Source: Octopus vulgaris
Lineage: Eukaryota
NCBI GenBank assembly: GCA_951406725.2
Contig: OX597820.1
Location: 47,368,001 to 47,432,000, forward strand
Length of the DNA stretch: 64,000 nt
Reading direction: 5' to 3'
Shown: positions 1 to 12,420 of the stretch, in pieces
Position numbering within the stretch: the first letter of the stretch is position 1
How the letters are laid out: every line of letters starts with the position of its first letter
The notes under the pieces: model-generated
Seen by the model: only the letters and a program-made list of their open reading frames with translations
The model's database searches: none
What the model was told of the DNA's origin: nothing
Made by a program: the position numbers and the translations under genes

Positions 1-50
1 ACCATGTGGTTGGTAAGCAAACTACTTACCACAAAGCCACTCCTGCACCT
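1..50 (-). mobile_element. 5' head of tRNA-derived SINE (family A), cut by window edge
   Basis: Nearly identical to the head of the copy ending at ~43490 (ggagtggctgtgtggtaagtag...ccaaccacatggt on the minus strand). Confidence 0.8.
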
Positions 51-54
51 GAAC

Positions 55-103
<49 letters not shown>

Positions 104-269
104 ATATATATTATATCAAAAGTTGACAGATTACATAGGATTTTACCCCGAGCTGTGTTGTTTATTCCAGTAGTGGACAGCCCATCTCGGGATGAAGCTA
201 AGCAGACTGTCAACTTTTCATATAAATACACACACACACACACACACACATGCTTATACATATATTCTG

Positions 270-745
270 TTATGCTATTCCATTCTATCATTCTATTACT
301 GGTTTCAGCCAGAGGTTCGGGCTATGCTGGAGCACCGCCTTTCAGTCTTTTTGGGGTTCTCCTCTACGTTTTGTTTTTGATGAAATTGCTCTTCATCGGA
401 CGGAGCTTCTCTTCTTTGTGCCTCTTGCCGCAATGTGGGCTCATCTGGGATTTCAGATAGAAATTTGTCCAGGTGCTTTTTGAACGTTTCCACATCTACA
501 CCTTGCAGATCTCTAAGGTAGGATGTTAAACAGTTCTGGTTCCCTGAAACCCATGCTGTAGCAATACTGGGTCCTTAACTGAGATGAAGAAGACGGTATC
601 TTTGGTATTATGCAGTGCCATCCAGTTCGGTGATTGGCGTAGCTTTTAATTCCAAAGTTCCAGGATCTTCCATATGTGTATCACTGCATACCTTTCCCAC
701 CTTCCCTCCATGGAAGGTGAGAAAGGTATGCAGTTCTTGTAGCCT
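270..745 (-). mobile_element. 3' end of CR1/L2-group LINE (degenerate ORF2 C-terminus and 3' UTR)
   Basis: ORF 305..493 FKKHLDKFLSEIPDEP matches the FKxxLDxFL motif ending CR1-group ORF2; followed by a short tail with (atagaat)-type repeats. Confidence 0.7.
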
Positions 746-1113
746 CTCTCTCTCTCTCTCTCTCTCAGTCTCTCTCTCTCTCTCAGTAGCTCATCTGTTT
801 CACCGAGTCACCCTTCTTTCTGTAGTGACACTGAATTGCCTCAAGTTCTGCCACCAATTTGACGCTCTGCAGCGCCCACATAAACGCGCGCGCGCGCGCA
901 CACACACATCCATATATGTATATGCATATACATGAAATAAATATATATGTGTGTATGTGTGTGTGTGTATGTATATATGATTGTATGTATATATTTATAT
1001 TCTGTTGTGTCTGGGGAGAGTCATTGTCTTTTCGTGCCTTATATTTTAACACACTCACCGGTAAAATCAGACATATATATATATGCAATTTATCCTATAT
1101 TAGTAGTATGTAC

Positions 1114-1164
<51 letters not shown>

Positions 1165-1311
1165 CACATAAGCTATATATATATATATATACGCACGCAC
1201 ACACATATATCCGTTTATATATATATATAAATTAATAAATAAAAACAGATGCATATATACATACATATATGTACGTACCTACCTCTGCATGTATATATAC
1301 ATGCATATATG

Positions 1312-1475
1312 GGTACAGGACACCAAAAAACGTCGAACACAATGAGGAACGAAAACATAAACACAAAGCCAAGGAACAGGACATTTTTCTTAAACAACGA
1401 AAAAAAGAGTACAGGACAAATAACACAAGGAAAATTCCCCTTCTTCAGTCGCCATGGTTTCATCTACTCTGCGTT

Positions 1476-1479
<4 letters not shown>
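1312..1479. repeat. Fragment of interspersed repeat embedded in (TA)n; related copy at 29355-29690
   Basis: Direct similarity: gaacacaatgaggaacgaaaacataaa...ttcttcagtc...ctactctgcgtttcga versus 29361-29506. Confidence 0.75.
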
Positions 1480-1535
<56 letters not shown>

Positions 1536-1681
1536 CATGTGTGTGTATATATATATATATATATACATACACATATACATGTATATACGTTTATATCCTT
1601 AGTTATATAAATAAATATATATATATATATAAATATATATATATATAAATATAAATATATATATACACACCAACTTTCTCA

Positions 1682-1730
<49 letters not shown>

Positions 1731-2377
1731 GTTTGTATCAATATTTATACACCTGCTTCCATGTAATTTACACGTACATACCCTTATACGCAGGGTTAGA
1801 CACCCAAATACGTATATGTACACACACATACTATGAATGTGTGTGTATATGTGTGTGTGTGTGAGTGTCCATGTGTACGATTGTATGTGTGTGAGTGAAT
1901 GTGTAAATATATAGTTAAAGGGTGAAAGCGTAGGTGTATGTGTCTGCATTTGTGTGTGACTGTGTATGTATATATCTGTTTATATTCATATGAGTATGTA
2001 TATGTGCGTATATATGAAAATGTTTTCTCTGTGTGTGTGTGCGTGCGTGTGCGTGTTTGCGTCTGTATGTATGTGAGCGCAAGTGTGGGTACATTTGTGG
2101 GTGCGTATTTGGATGTGTTTTAGCATGCATAGTGAAGTAAATGTGTATACATGTATGTATGTATGTATGTATGTATGTATGTATGTATGTATGTATGTAT
2201 GTATGTATGTATGTATGTATGCACCTATGTATGTATTATGTATGTATGTATGTGTGTGTGCGTGTGTGTGTATGTATTTGTCTACGTCTGTATACATATA
2301 TGAATGCGTGTGGGTAAAAGTATGCATATACATGCGTATATATTTGTATATATTAACGTGTGTGTATATGCGTGTGC

Positions 2378-2463
<86 letters not shown>

Positions 2464-2508
2464 TATATACCTATGTATATATATACATATATCTACATAT
2501 ATATATAC

Positions 2509-2539
<31 letters not shown>

Positions 2540-2669
2540 CATATATACATATACATATATACATATACATATATACATATATATATATATTATGTATGTA
2601 CATGTATGCATACATCTTTTATACCAAGACAAATCAATGTACATGTATATACATACATACATACATACA

Positions 2670-2705
<36 letters not shown>

Positions 2706-2780
2706 TATGTATATACTCATACACACACACAATCACACACATACACATATATATGTATGCATGCATTTGTAATAGTGTGT

Positions 2781-2824
<44 letters not shown>

Positions 2825-2845
2825 ATGAGGTTTGTGTGTGTGTCT
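1480..2845. repeat. Compound (TA)n/(TG)n/(TATG)n microsatellite field
   Basis: Visible simple repeats; source of the YIYI/CVCV/HTHT pseudo-ORFs. Confidence 0.95.
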
Positions 2846-3271
2846 ATACGAGTACATGTGTACGGTTTGGATGGCCATTTGAACCAGCCGTATTGAATAT
2901 TCATATATATTTTAATGTAACATTAATATACATCTACCATCCATTAGTAGAAGACTACAAGTAAAACAGAACGTTAGCGCAATTCCCACCCATCCGCGCA
3001 TCCACCTCTGTCTAAAACCCCATTAATCCCCCAATCACTATTGTTCTTCGATGATTTTTGTATGTTGTTTTAAAAACATTTTAATTAAATTTATCGGTTT
3101 TTAAGGTTTTTCTCCCCATTTTTCTTATTTTCTTATTTTCTTATTGACTTCAATGCTTTTCTTTCTTAAATCGTTATTGCAATATATATTATATTTTATA
3201 TGAATGCACACATATATCTATGTATATATATATATATATATGCGTCTAAACACACACACACAGACAGAAGA

Positions 3272-3304
<33 letters not shown>

Positions 3305-3322
3305 TAAACAGACAGACAGACA

Positions 3323-3358
<36 letters not shown>

Positions 3359-3515
3359 GGCCGTTAGTAATAATGGTTCTCGACCACAGTCAGAAAAACC
3401 ATATATTTTTCGAGAAGGTACAGTCGTGTACAGCGCTCATTTTGTCGACGCTGGACAAACTACTACTACTAGTACTACTACTACCACCACCACCACCACC
3501 ACCACCACCACGACA

Positions 3516-3586
<71 letters not shown>

Positions 3587-3920
3587 CCCACAACCACTAC
3601 TACTACTTGTTGTTCTGGTGGTGGTGGTGGCTGTTAGTAAAATATGCAGATGGTCTGTAATTTCGTCTTTTATTTCATGCCCCAAAGGGAAAGAGAGGTA
3701 GAGTCAACCTTGTCGGTATTTGAACTCAAAAAGTAAGCGAAAGGGAGTGGGGTTAATCGCTTAATCCCAGTGCTTAAGTACCATTTTATTTTATCCCCCT
3801 CGGAGTGGTGAAAGTCAAGGCCTTGACTTCAGTGGGATTTTCACTCAGAATCTGAAAAATGCTCTAAGGCATTTTGTCCGACACTGTATGATGATGATGA
3901 TGATGATGATGATGATAATA

Positions 3921-3968
<48 letters not shown>

Positions 3969-3972
<4 letters not shown>

Positions 3973-4517
3973 CCTCGATGCAGTACCAGGCAGTGGCGCT
4001 CGTGGCTTCTGATCTTAACTGATTGGAAGTGTTATCATGTACATTGTTTTGTCTTGGTATAAAAGATGGGCTACAGCAAATATTCTGCACAATACCACAG
4101 ATTTGCTTGTCAGTTGTTTGACCATAACCAGTTGAGCATGTCCCTTAGTGGCTGACGATATATATGCATCTCTGATCACGAGCAGAAGTAGTGAGGGAGC
4201 ATCATAGCCGTGTGTTGAAAGGAATTCTTAGAGATTTAGATAATTCACCTCTGGAAACATGGGTGGTTCATTCAATATCATTAAACAATCCTTATTCAGG
4301 GACCTTTTGAGTTTGATGGGCTACTCGACCAGAAGGAAAATCTAACTGGGCCCCACCTGCAAGGTCATGCGCTGTTAATCTTGATATGAGATCACCATGT
4401 CGTGCACATATGGTTGTGATGCATTTGCCTAGTGTACCCTTATCAGACGGGTAGTCACTGGGCTTCTTATATTTTACCCCAGTGTCACTTTGATGGCATG
4501 CACTGCTTTCTCACTCA
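3969..4517 (-). mobile_element. Non-coding retroposon with (ATT)n tail (probably RTE-mobilised); shorter copy at 5352-5610
   Basis: Two highly similar copies starting aatgcc...tgcagtaccaggcagtggc, both abutting (AAT)n at the same end; a 30-bp piece also occurs at ~2613-2645. Confidence 0.65.
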
Positions 4518-4599
4518 ATAACAACAACAACAACAACAACAACAATAATAATAATAATAATAATAACAACAACAACAACCGTGTGGCATATTATCAGTC

Positions 4600-5195
4600 A
4601 ATGTACGTCACTAGCTCAAAGAATATAAGAGACGTCAAGACAAGGATTGTCTGTTGGATACTTTGCAACAGGTATGGACTTGATAGAGCAAAAACGTGGT
4701 ACGAACATAAACCCGAAGTCATCATCAAAAATGATAATGCACAGATCCTGTGGGATTTTATGATTCAGTGTGACCATGAGATAGAGAATAGGAAACTAGG
4801 CATAGTGTTAATCGAGGAAGAAAGCAAACTATGCTAGATCATAGATATAGCATGTCCAGCTGACAACAAGGTATGCGATAAGGAAGAAAGAAAAGTCGAT
4901 AGATATAACAAGTTAGCTTGGGAGGTTAAGCAGTTGTGGTCATTGAAAAAGGTGGTAGTAGTATCAATAATTATCGGAGCCCTGGGAACAGTGAGTAAAA
5001 GTCTTGAGAAGTACGTGGAAGAAATAGGGGCTGCAATAAGGGTGGAGCACTTCCAGAAACAGCACTGCTTTGAACCGCTCGAATACACCGGATGGTGCAC
5101 GAAAAATAAAGGGTGTTGCCTTAGTTCACTGGTAGTGAACAGCTGACACCGTAGAACATTTCCAGCGTTAAAAGCTGTGCAAAGACAATATAATA
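4600..5195 (+). mobile_element. 5'-truncated non-LTR retrotransposon with restriction-like endonuclease (R4/Dong-like), pseudogenised
   Basis: Translation WYEHKP...ILWDFMIQCD...RK(L)GIV...IIDIACP...K..RY..LAWEVKQLW...IIIGALG follows the PD-(D/E)xK RLE C-terminus of R4/Dong/NeSL-type elements; in-frame stop at ~4835; flanked by (AAT/AAC)n. Confidence 0.8.
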
Positions 5196-5207
5196 TTAAT
5201 GATGATG

Positions 5208-5253
<46 letters not shown>

Positions 5254-5302
5254 CGACAACAGCAGCAGCAGCAGCAGCAACAACAACAATAACAACAACA
5301 GC

Positions 5303-5335
<33 letters not shown>

Positions 5336-5351
5336 AATAATAATAATAATA

Positions 5352-5610
5352 AAATGCCCTGGTGCAGTACCAGGCAGTGGCTCTCATGGCTTCTGATCGT
5401 AACTGATTGGAAGTGTTATCATGCACATTGTTTTGTCTTGGTATAAAAGATGGGCGACAGCAAATATTCTGCTTAATACCACAGATTTGCTTGTCAGTTG
5501 CTTGACCTTAACCAGTTGACCATGTCCCTTAGTGGCTGACGATATATATGCATCTCTGATCACGAGCAGAAGTAGTGGGGGAGCATCATAGCCATGTGTT
5601 GAGAGAGTCA
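5352..5610 (-). mobile_element. Truncated copy of the 3969-4517 retroposon
   Basis: Near-identical to ~3969-4220. Confidence 0.75.
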
Positions 5611-5619
5611 TGTTACATC

Positions 5620-6295
5620 TATTTCTGGTGGAGTTTCCGCCACTGTGATTTTTTTTTAGGTATGTCTACCTAAATAAGTCGGTAGCAGTACTATTACTGA
5701 AAGCTCCTTCGTCCTTCATTTTTTAGGTGGACGATAATGGTTGCAAATTTGCGACCTCTGGTGATAAATGCAATGTCCCACCATATTGGTTGCAAGCATT
5801 TCTCGACCCCCTCTCTTCACGCATTGTCCAACTTTTTAGTTTTAATTTTCAGACATTTAAAACCAATTAATTTTTTTTGTCGTGTTTTCAAATCATACCC
5901 CTCCCTCCCGAACATATTTTTGAATTGGTTTAACTATTCATTTGTCATGTTTAAGGTTTTCCTTTTTAGTCTTGCTACTGCAGCGAAATTAGACTCAATT
6001 GTTTCAACAATTTTTCCGTTCAAAAATTCTTCGCCCGACGGCATGGTCAAAACTTTATCAGAAGGCATTTTAAAATTGGTTTCCTCATATATTTTTTTCT
6101 TTGGGGTTGGAGAGAAGCCCTTGAACAAGAGAATAAATAATTCCCCTCCTCAAGAGGGGAATAACGTTCAAAATTCTGCTAAACGCGATAAAACAAGGTG
6201 TTTTGTTTAAAAAAAAACACACAACAAATGAAACAACAGCAAATTCAACAATTAAATTAAAAATAACCAGCAATTTACAGTATAATACACCAACA
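5620..6295 (-). mobile_element. 5' UTR and degenerate ORF1 of a Tx1/L1-like LINE
   Basis: Minus-strand translation GVEKCLQPIWWDIAFITRGRKFATIIVHLKNE aligns with PIWQDITYLARGKKFETIVVRFKNAE at ~12740-12835, which is contiguous with a Tx1-like RT. Confidence 0.6.
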
Positions 6296-6763
6296 GAACG
6301 GAGAAATAGCGAATACATTTTATTTCAACCACAAGGGGGCAGTACAAATGGGTCTGGGTATCGAATGTTGTTACACAAAAGTGTATCTAAAAATGTTATG
6401 CTAATATAAAACGAATGAAGGGACAGACATATCACAACACAGTGGGGGAACTGTTCCGACTCTGCAAGAGACGTTCCACCACTGAACCTGTTGTTTTGAC
6501 TTTTCCTGGATAGCACTCACGTAGGACCATTCATTCCCAACATGCGATCCACTTGCACTCACCTTTTACCGAATCTGTCCGATGACAGACACTTCTTTTC
6601 TAGAAGGAAGACAAAAATGTTGGTCAATCCTTGGTTAGAAATGAAAGTGTCTTTCATACGTGCCTGATAAGTCAATAATGTGTTTATTTTAATTTGTTTC
6701 TAAATGAAAGTAGAGCTGTGTTGATGGCGTAGATAATGTACAATCAGTTGTTCTTATTTCATA

Positions 6764-7137
6764 CTAGCAGTATCGCCCGGCGTTGCTCAGGTTTGTAAGG
6801 GAAATAACTATAAAGCATTTTCAGAGAGTTATAGCCAAAAAATAGGAAAAAAATGATGGTAAATTTTTTTTTGAGAGTTAAAAGGATGGAGTTGCGTCCC
6901 CTAGACAGTTTGTGGTTCGTGTTTCTGATTCTCGACCCCATGTCGAATTTATCGATTTTTTTCAGAACTGGGGGAACTTTTCAAAATTTTGGCTGCGTTA
7001 GTTTTGAATTATGACATTGGGCTATGTGTGTGTCAAGTTTCATCAGAATCGGTTGAAAGCCGTGGTCAAGGTGAGGGTACAAGCAAACAGACACACAGAA
7101 ACACGCACAGACAAACTGCCGTTTATATATAGAGAGA
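6764..7137 (-). mobile_element. Non-autonomous Helitron
   Basis: Minus strand begins TC, ends with a GC-rich hairpin (cctgagcaacgccggg) then CTAG, inserted between A and T with no TSD. Confidence 0.85.
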
Positions 7138-7216
7138 TTTCCCGCAACGATGAACGGCAAAGTCGACTTTGTTTCTATTTATACTCAGAAAAAGTGCTTA
7201 TCCTATTTTTCCTGTT

Positions 7217-7253
<37 letters not shown>

Positions 7254-7272
7254 ACACACAGACACATACACA

Positions 7273-7332
<60 letters not shown>

Positions 7333-7468
7333 CACTTACGTACAAGAATAATTGGAAATCCTGTTAGGTATATGGATCCAATCGTCCTTGTACAGACACA
7401 CACAAGAAAAGCGTTTTTGAATAAGTAAAAAAACAAAACAAAACGTAAATAAACAAGCGTGCACACAC

Positions 7469-7541
7469 TTCTGACATTCGGAAGCGAACCAGAGACCTTT
7501 AGATCTGCAGTCTAACGCTCTCCCAACTGAACTATCTCGGC
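7469..7541 (-). pseudogene. tRNA-Phe-derived pseudogene carrying a GCA anticodon
   Basis: GCCGAGATAGTTCAGTTGGGAGAGCGTTAGACTGCAGATCTAAAGGTCTCTGGTTCGCTTCCGAATGTCAGAA is the metazoan tRNA-Phe body; three acceptor-stem mismatches and a damaged T arm. Confidence 0.85.
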
Positions 7542-7905
7542 TGGAGTTAATATAACCGATTTAATCACCTCATCCCGAAATTGCTGGCCTTGTGCCAAAG
7601 TTTGAAATCGTTATTACAGTGAATGGTGATTGGTTGATTCGCCATTGTTTGTCGTTGTTTAATAAGTGCTTTGCAACAGTCTGTCTGACTGTCTCCGTTG
7701 CTGTTAGAGATAGCAACCAAATCTCCCTTAAATAAAACTGCACCGTCTGAAATAAAGAAAAGATATTAGATAATGCTGTTGTACTTAACCTTAAATCAAC
7801 AAGATGGTCCCGGAAGGCGAGGTCACCTCCATCAAAACTGGTTTCTGGCTACCCAACAATTCTACTGCCGGCACAGTCATTTCAATTGATTAATTTATTA
7901 AAGAA

Positions 7906-8430
7906 CTAGCAGCATAGCCCGGCATTGCCCGGGTATGTAAGAGCCCCTGGAGCAGACATGATGTTCGCTGTGAATTAAAAAAAAATTCCTGCCAATTTGT
8001 GAAAGATATTGTCGAAAATATGTCATCTTGAATTTGAACGCGATTTCCCAAAATGGCATGATTTTATCGATTTTTTCTGATGGTTAAGGTATTGCATGGA
8101 AAACTAACATCAGAATTAAGTTTCTTAGGGTAACATTAAGCTTCACAATGAGTTTGGTGAAAATTGATTGCAAGTTGCGAAAACTACAACAGAAAATGTG
8201 TTGCATATAAAAAAGCTTAGATTCTCGACCCCATGTCGAATTTATCGATTCTTTTCAGAACTGGGAGAACTTTTTAAAATTTTCGCTGCGTTAGTTTTGA
8301 ATTATGACATTGGGCTATGTGTATGTCAAGTTTCATCAGAATCGGTTGAAAGCCGTGGTCAGGGTGAGGGTACAACCTGACAGACACACAGACACACAGA
8401 CAGACAAACTGCCGTTTATATAGAGAGAGA
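7906..8430 (-). mobile_element. Non-autonomous Helitron
   Basis: 5' TC, 3' hairpin cccgggcaatgccggg plus CTAG, A|T insertion; 5' half shared with 6764-7137. Confidence 0.85.
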
Positions 8431-8597
8431 TGAACATATATTATTACAGCCATTCTCTCTCTTCCTCTTCTTTCTGTCTTTCTTTTTGTCTGTCTCTTTC
8501 GCTCTCTCGCTTCCTCTCTCTCTATCTCTCATATATATATTTTTTCTCTCTCTAGTTTCAGCTCAGAGCTGCGGCCATGCTGATGCATCGCCGTTTA

Positions 8598-8759
8598 ATA
8601 CATACATACATACATACATACATACATACATACATACATACATACATACATACATACATACATACATACATACATACATACATACATACATACATACATA
8701 CATACATACATACATACATACATACATACATACATACATACATACATACATACATACAT
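8598..8759. repeat. (TACA)n microsatellite, ~40 units
   Basis: Directly visible. Confidence 0.98.
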
Positions 8760-9044
8760 GTGTGTTTGTGTTTGACGAACTTCTGTACAGCTTCCATCTA
8801 ACAAAGTTTAGTCACAGTGTATCGCAGTGTGTTCGAACATGGAACCGCGTGGATGCAAAGCGAACTTGTTATATACGCAACCACAAAGGCTTTTCTCGCG
8901 GCCGCTAAAACCACTACCACCACGAACCACCTTTTCGTAACAGTCACAAACAAATAAATGTCTTCTCCTTTGGTTCCCAATTTAGTGTGATAAATAAATT
9001 TGAGTATTTATTAAACAAGCTATATAAAAATTTTACCGCTTATT

Positions 9045-9118
9045 GTCTCTGTGGCGCAATCGGTTAGCACGTTCAGTTGTTAACCAAAAGGCTGGTGGTT
9101 CAAGCTTACCCAGGGACG
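9045..9118 (+). pseudogene. tRNA-Asn(GTT) probable pseudogene
   Basis: GTCTCTGTGGCGCAATCGGTTAGCACGTTCAGTTGTTAACCAAAAGGCTGGTGGTTCAAGCTTACCCAGGGACG; intact acceptor stem, mismatched D and anticodon stems; downstream T-run (pol III terminator-like) at ~9128. Confidence 0.85.
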
Positions 9119-9229
9119 ACTTACCGTTTTTATTATTTAAATATAAATATTGAAAAGATCTTGGGTAAACCTACAATAGTGTTTCTTCATCTTTGTCGAC
9201 GACGACCAAGGACGTCACATGAGAGATAA

Positions 9230-10985
9230 AAGACAGTTCGATGCGTGCTCGTAAAGCTCTACCGCAGCTCGGGCACTGGTAGTCTTCTAGGACTGAAGAC
9301 AAGGAGTTGGCTATGGATTTTCGCAGGTCGCGTTTTTGTGCTCCTGCGATCCTATTTTGTTTGTATGTGGTACCCTTGCCGGCTCAGTTTCACCATGAAG
9401 GATGGGCTTGTTCTTGCATTTCCCAAGAGTCGGGGTTAATATCAAAGCACTTCAGTGAGGCTTTGAGTGTATCCTTGAAGCCCTTTTTTTCTGATCACCT
9501 TGCGTACGCTTTCCTTCCGCCAGTTCGTTGTGAAACAGTTTTTTTTTGAGGGGAGATCGTGCGTCAGTCATTTGAACGAGGTGCCCAGCCCACCTGATCT
9601 ACTCTCTCCTCAGCACCTCGGCAGACAACCTCCTTGCCTGGGACCTTATCTTGCCAGGGGATTTTCAACAGCATTCTCAGACAGTTCGTGTGGAAGCTGT
9701 TTGGTGCAGCATTTATAAACTGCCCACTTCTCACAGGCATACAGTAGTGTAGGGAGTACAACTGCTTGGTAGCCAGCCTCATGGCTGTCTTTTCCCAACA
9801 GCCATCCAAGTGCTGAGATATCCTTTGCGATGTGTGTGTTGGCTTCATTATCAATGTTCTCAGAACTGGATTGTGTGCTGCTGAGCTGCATGAACTTACT
9901 AACAACCTTCAGAGTTTCCCTCTCCGACAGGGACAGTTGGTTTAACACGTTGCATTTGTTGGGCAGGTTGGTGCATAGGCTCTGTCTTTTGAGTACTGAT
10001 CATAAGGCCAAAGTTGTTGCAGGCAGTGGGAAAACAGTTAATACGCTGTTGCATCAGAGCCTCAGTGGCAGTGTTGAGTGCAATCATCTGCAATCAGGAC
10101 GTCATGCACTGAGTCTTCTTTCTCCTTGTTATTCGCCTGTAGTCTTCGCAGGCTGAAGAGTCTGCCATCAGTCCTGAATCTGATCTTGGCTCTGGTTTCA
10201 TCGATGTTGTGGAAAGCATCTGACATCATGGTCTAGAACATCATGCTAAACTGCATAGGTGCGAGTACACAGCCCTACTTCACTCAGTGACTGGAAATGC
10301 ATCAGAAGAATCTCTATGGCCCAGCACTCAAGTTAGCATGCTATCATGAAACTGTTGCACCAATTTGTCTGGGCAACCGAGCTTTCCCATGATCTTCCAA
10401 AGCCCCTCACGACTGAAGGTGTCACACACCTTGGTTAAGTCTATAAACGTCATGTATAAGATTCCTGTTCTATTCCTGATATTTCTAAAGTTGACGTGCC
10501 GCAAAGATCATGTCTACTGTTCCACGGGCCTCTGTGAGGCCAAACTGGCTCTCTGGTTGATGCCCTCCTTCCATGTGTTGAGTGAGGCAGTTACGAAGGA
10601 CTCTTGCATGTATCTTATCAGCGATGGCAAAGAGAGAAATTCCCCAGTGGTTGTCACAGGACTGCCTGTTTCACTTCCTCTTATAAAGATGGGCAATAGC
10701 AGCATCCTTGAGTTCACGAGGAACAATCTCCTGTTAACACGTGGCCTGAATGAGGTTGGCGAGCTTTTTTGTCAAGACTGTCCAACCCCTGCCTTGCATA
10801 TTTCAACTGGAATGGAGTCGGAGCCTGGTACCTTGCCTCGTGAGGAAAGTTTAATTGCTTTCTGGAGCTCTGCTTGTATTGAAGGCTCTACCAGAGAAGT
10901 GCAGATATTAACTTGGCGCATGCGAACAATGAACTCAGCGTTGATAGGGGAGGGCCTATTCAGGACGTTGATGAATTGATCTGTA
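9230..10985 (-). mobile_element. Degenerate RTE (BovB-like) LINE, RT region and 3' end
   Basis: Frameshifted peptides YQAVVLPTLLYACEKW, CLRMLLKIPWQDKVP, ACNNFGLMISTQKTE, QFSSENIDNEANTHIAK are typical of the RTE-clade ORF. Confidence 0.85.
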
Positions 10986-11224
10986 CGCAGCTACAGGCCC
11001 ACAGTCGACGCTATGGCATTGGTATCACTATTAGTGAAGGCTCGGCTCAGCTCGGCTTGGCTTGAATAGAATAGAATGCCTGTTATCTCTGAAGCTAAAC
11101 GTGAGGAAAGGAAGAAATTCATTTAGAAATATAATTATTGAATTATACATAATAAAGTGGTGACTTACATTTGGGCCTTCAATTTTCTCTGTAAAAGATA
11201 CGATAATCGTCGAACTTCTTCAGC

Positions 11225-12420
11225 TGTTGCTAAACTAACGGGCTCCTTTCTCCAGGTAAAATCCAGTAAGGCGAATCCGGACAGGGCATGACGGTCAGGC
11301 GGTAGGTAATGACCGATGCAATAAACACATTGACCACCTCCGCCCTCCCTTTCAGGGATAGACACCGCCAAGACCAGGTCTTGACTACTGCAGCCACCCT
11401 GCTCAGTATCTCCGCCCAGTTCATCTCTATCTGGAGGCCTGGTCCAAACCAAACTCCCAGCAACTTAACCGGTCCTTCCGCCCAACACCCAACAACGCTG
11501 TCTGAAGGCATCGATTTGCCAACCTAGGTGCCGAGCTGCAAGTCGACCGACTTTTCCCGGTTAATCTTTGCTCCTGCCACCTCCTCGTAAGCCTCAATAG
11601 TTTTACCCACTTCTCGTAGGCTTGCTACCGAGGTTACGCTGATAGTGATATCATCCGCGTAAGCCGTAACAAACTCCTCTAGACCTGGTTCTCTCGGGAT
11701 GCCACCCAATCTTCGCAGTAGGGGCTCGAGAGCCATTATATACAAAAGTGGTGAGAGCGGACATCCTTGACGAACCGAGCGTCTGATGCAGAGCGGCTTC
11801 GAAACGAAGCCGTTCACCCGAACTATCGAGTCAATGTTGTGATACAAAGCGATAGACCACCTGAGGAAGCTAAGGCCCAGGCCGAACCGCGCAAGCACAC
11901 TCGTCATGCATAGATGGTCAACCCAATCAAAAGTTTTAGACTGGTCTAAATTGTACCAATGCCAGATTTATTACCAACCCTCTATGGTATAGCGAATAAG
12001 ATGGAGGGTATCCTGAATGGTTCTGCCTGGGATGACACATGTTAGTGCCTCCCCGACTATACCATTCGCGACGCGTGCCAACCTTTTTGCTAAGACCTTG
12101 GCCAAAATCTTCACTTCTGTGTTTAACAGAGTAATGAGCCTGAAATTCTCTATAACATCCCCCTTGTCCGGGTCCTTTCTGACCAACACCACTACTCCCC
12201 GGCGCACAGATCTCTTGCCAGTTCGCGTACACGTCAGCCAGTAGTTGCCCGAACAAGTCTGGCATACATTTATACAGCTCGTACGGAAGACCATCATGTC
12301 CTGGCGACTTACCCGCTTTACAGTCGGCCAAAACCTCCATCACCTCCACAGGCGTGATTGGCCCTTTGCAAGACTCCGCATCCGACCCCGAGAGGCACGG
12401 TAGCCAGGCATCCCGGGCCA
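11225..12420 (-). mobile_element. Tx1/L1-like LINE reverse transcriptase, frameshifted
   Basis: KSPGHDGLPYELYK, FRLITLLNTEVKILAKVLAKRL, VRQGCPLSPLLY, YADD, GAKINREKS, LSLKGRAEVVN motifs across ORFs 11230-12454. Confidence 0.9.

Noticed and set aside
783-3701. Many 60-230 aa ORFs rich in YI/HT/CV/T/L (also near 30-32 kb, 35.5-36 kb, 39-40 kb, 54 kb, 57-58 kb)
   Set aside because: Translations of stop-free microsatellites; no domain content.
4150-4195. CTGACGA box (also CTGAnGA at 9293, 22408, 34785, 51662, 55337, 63965)
   Set aside because: No properly placed stem II plus GAAA plus NUH and stem I; expected by chance.
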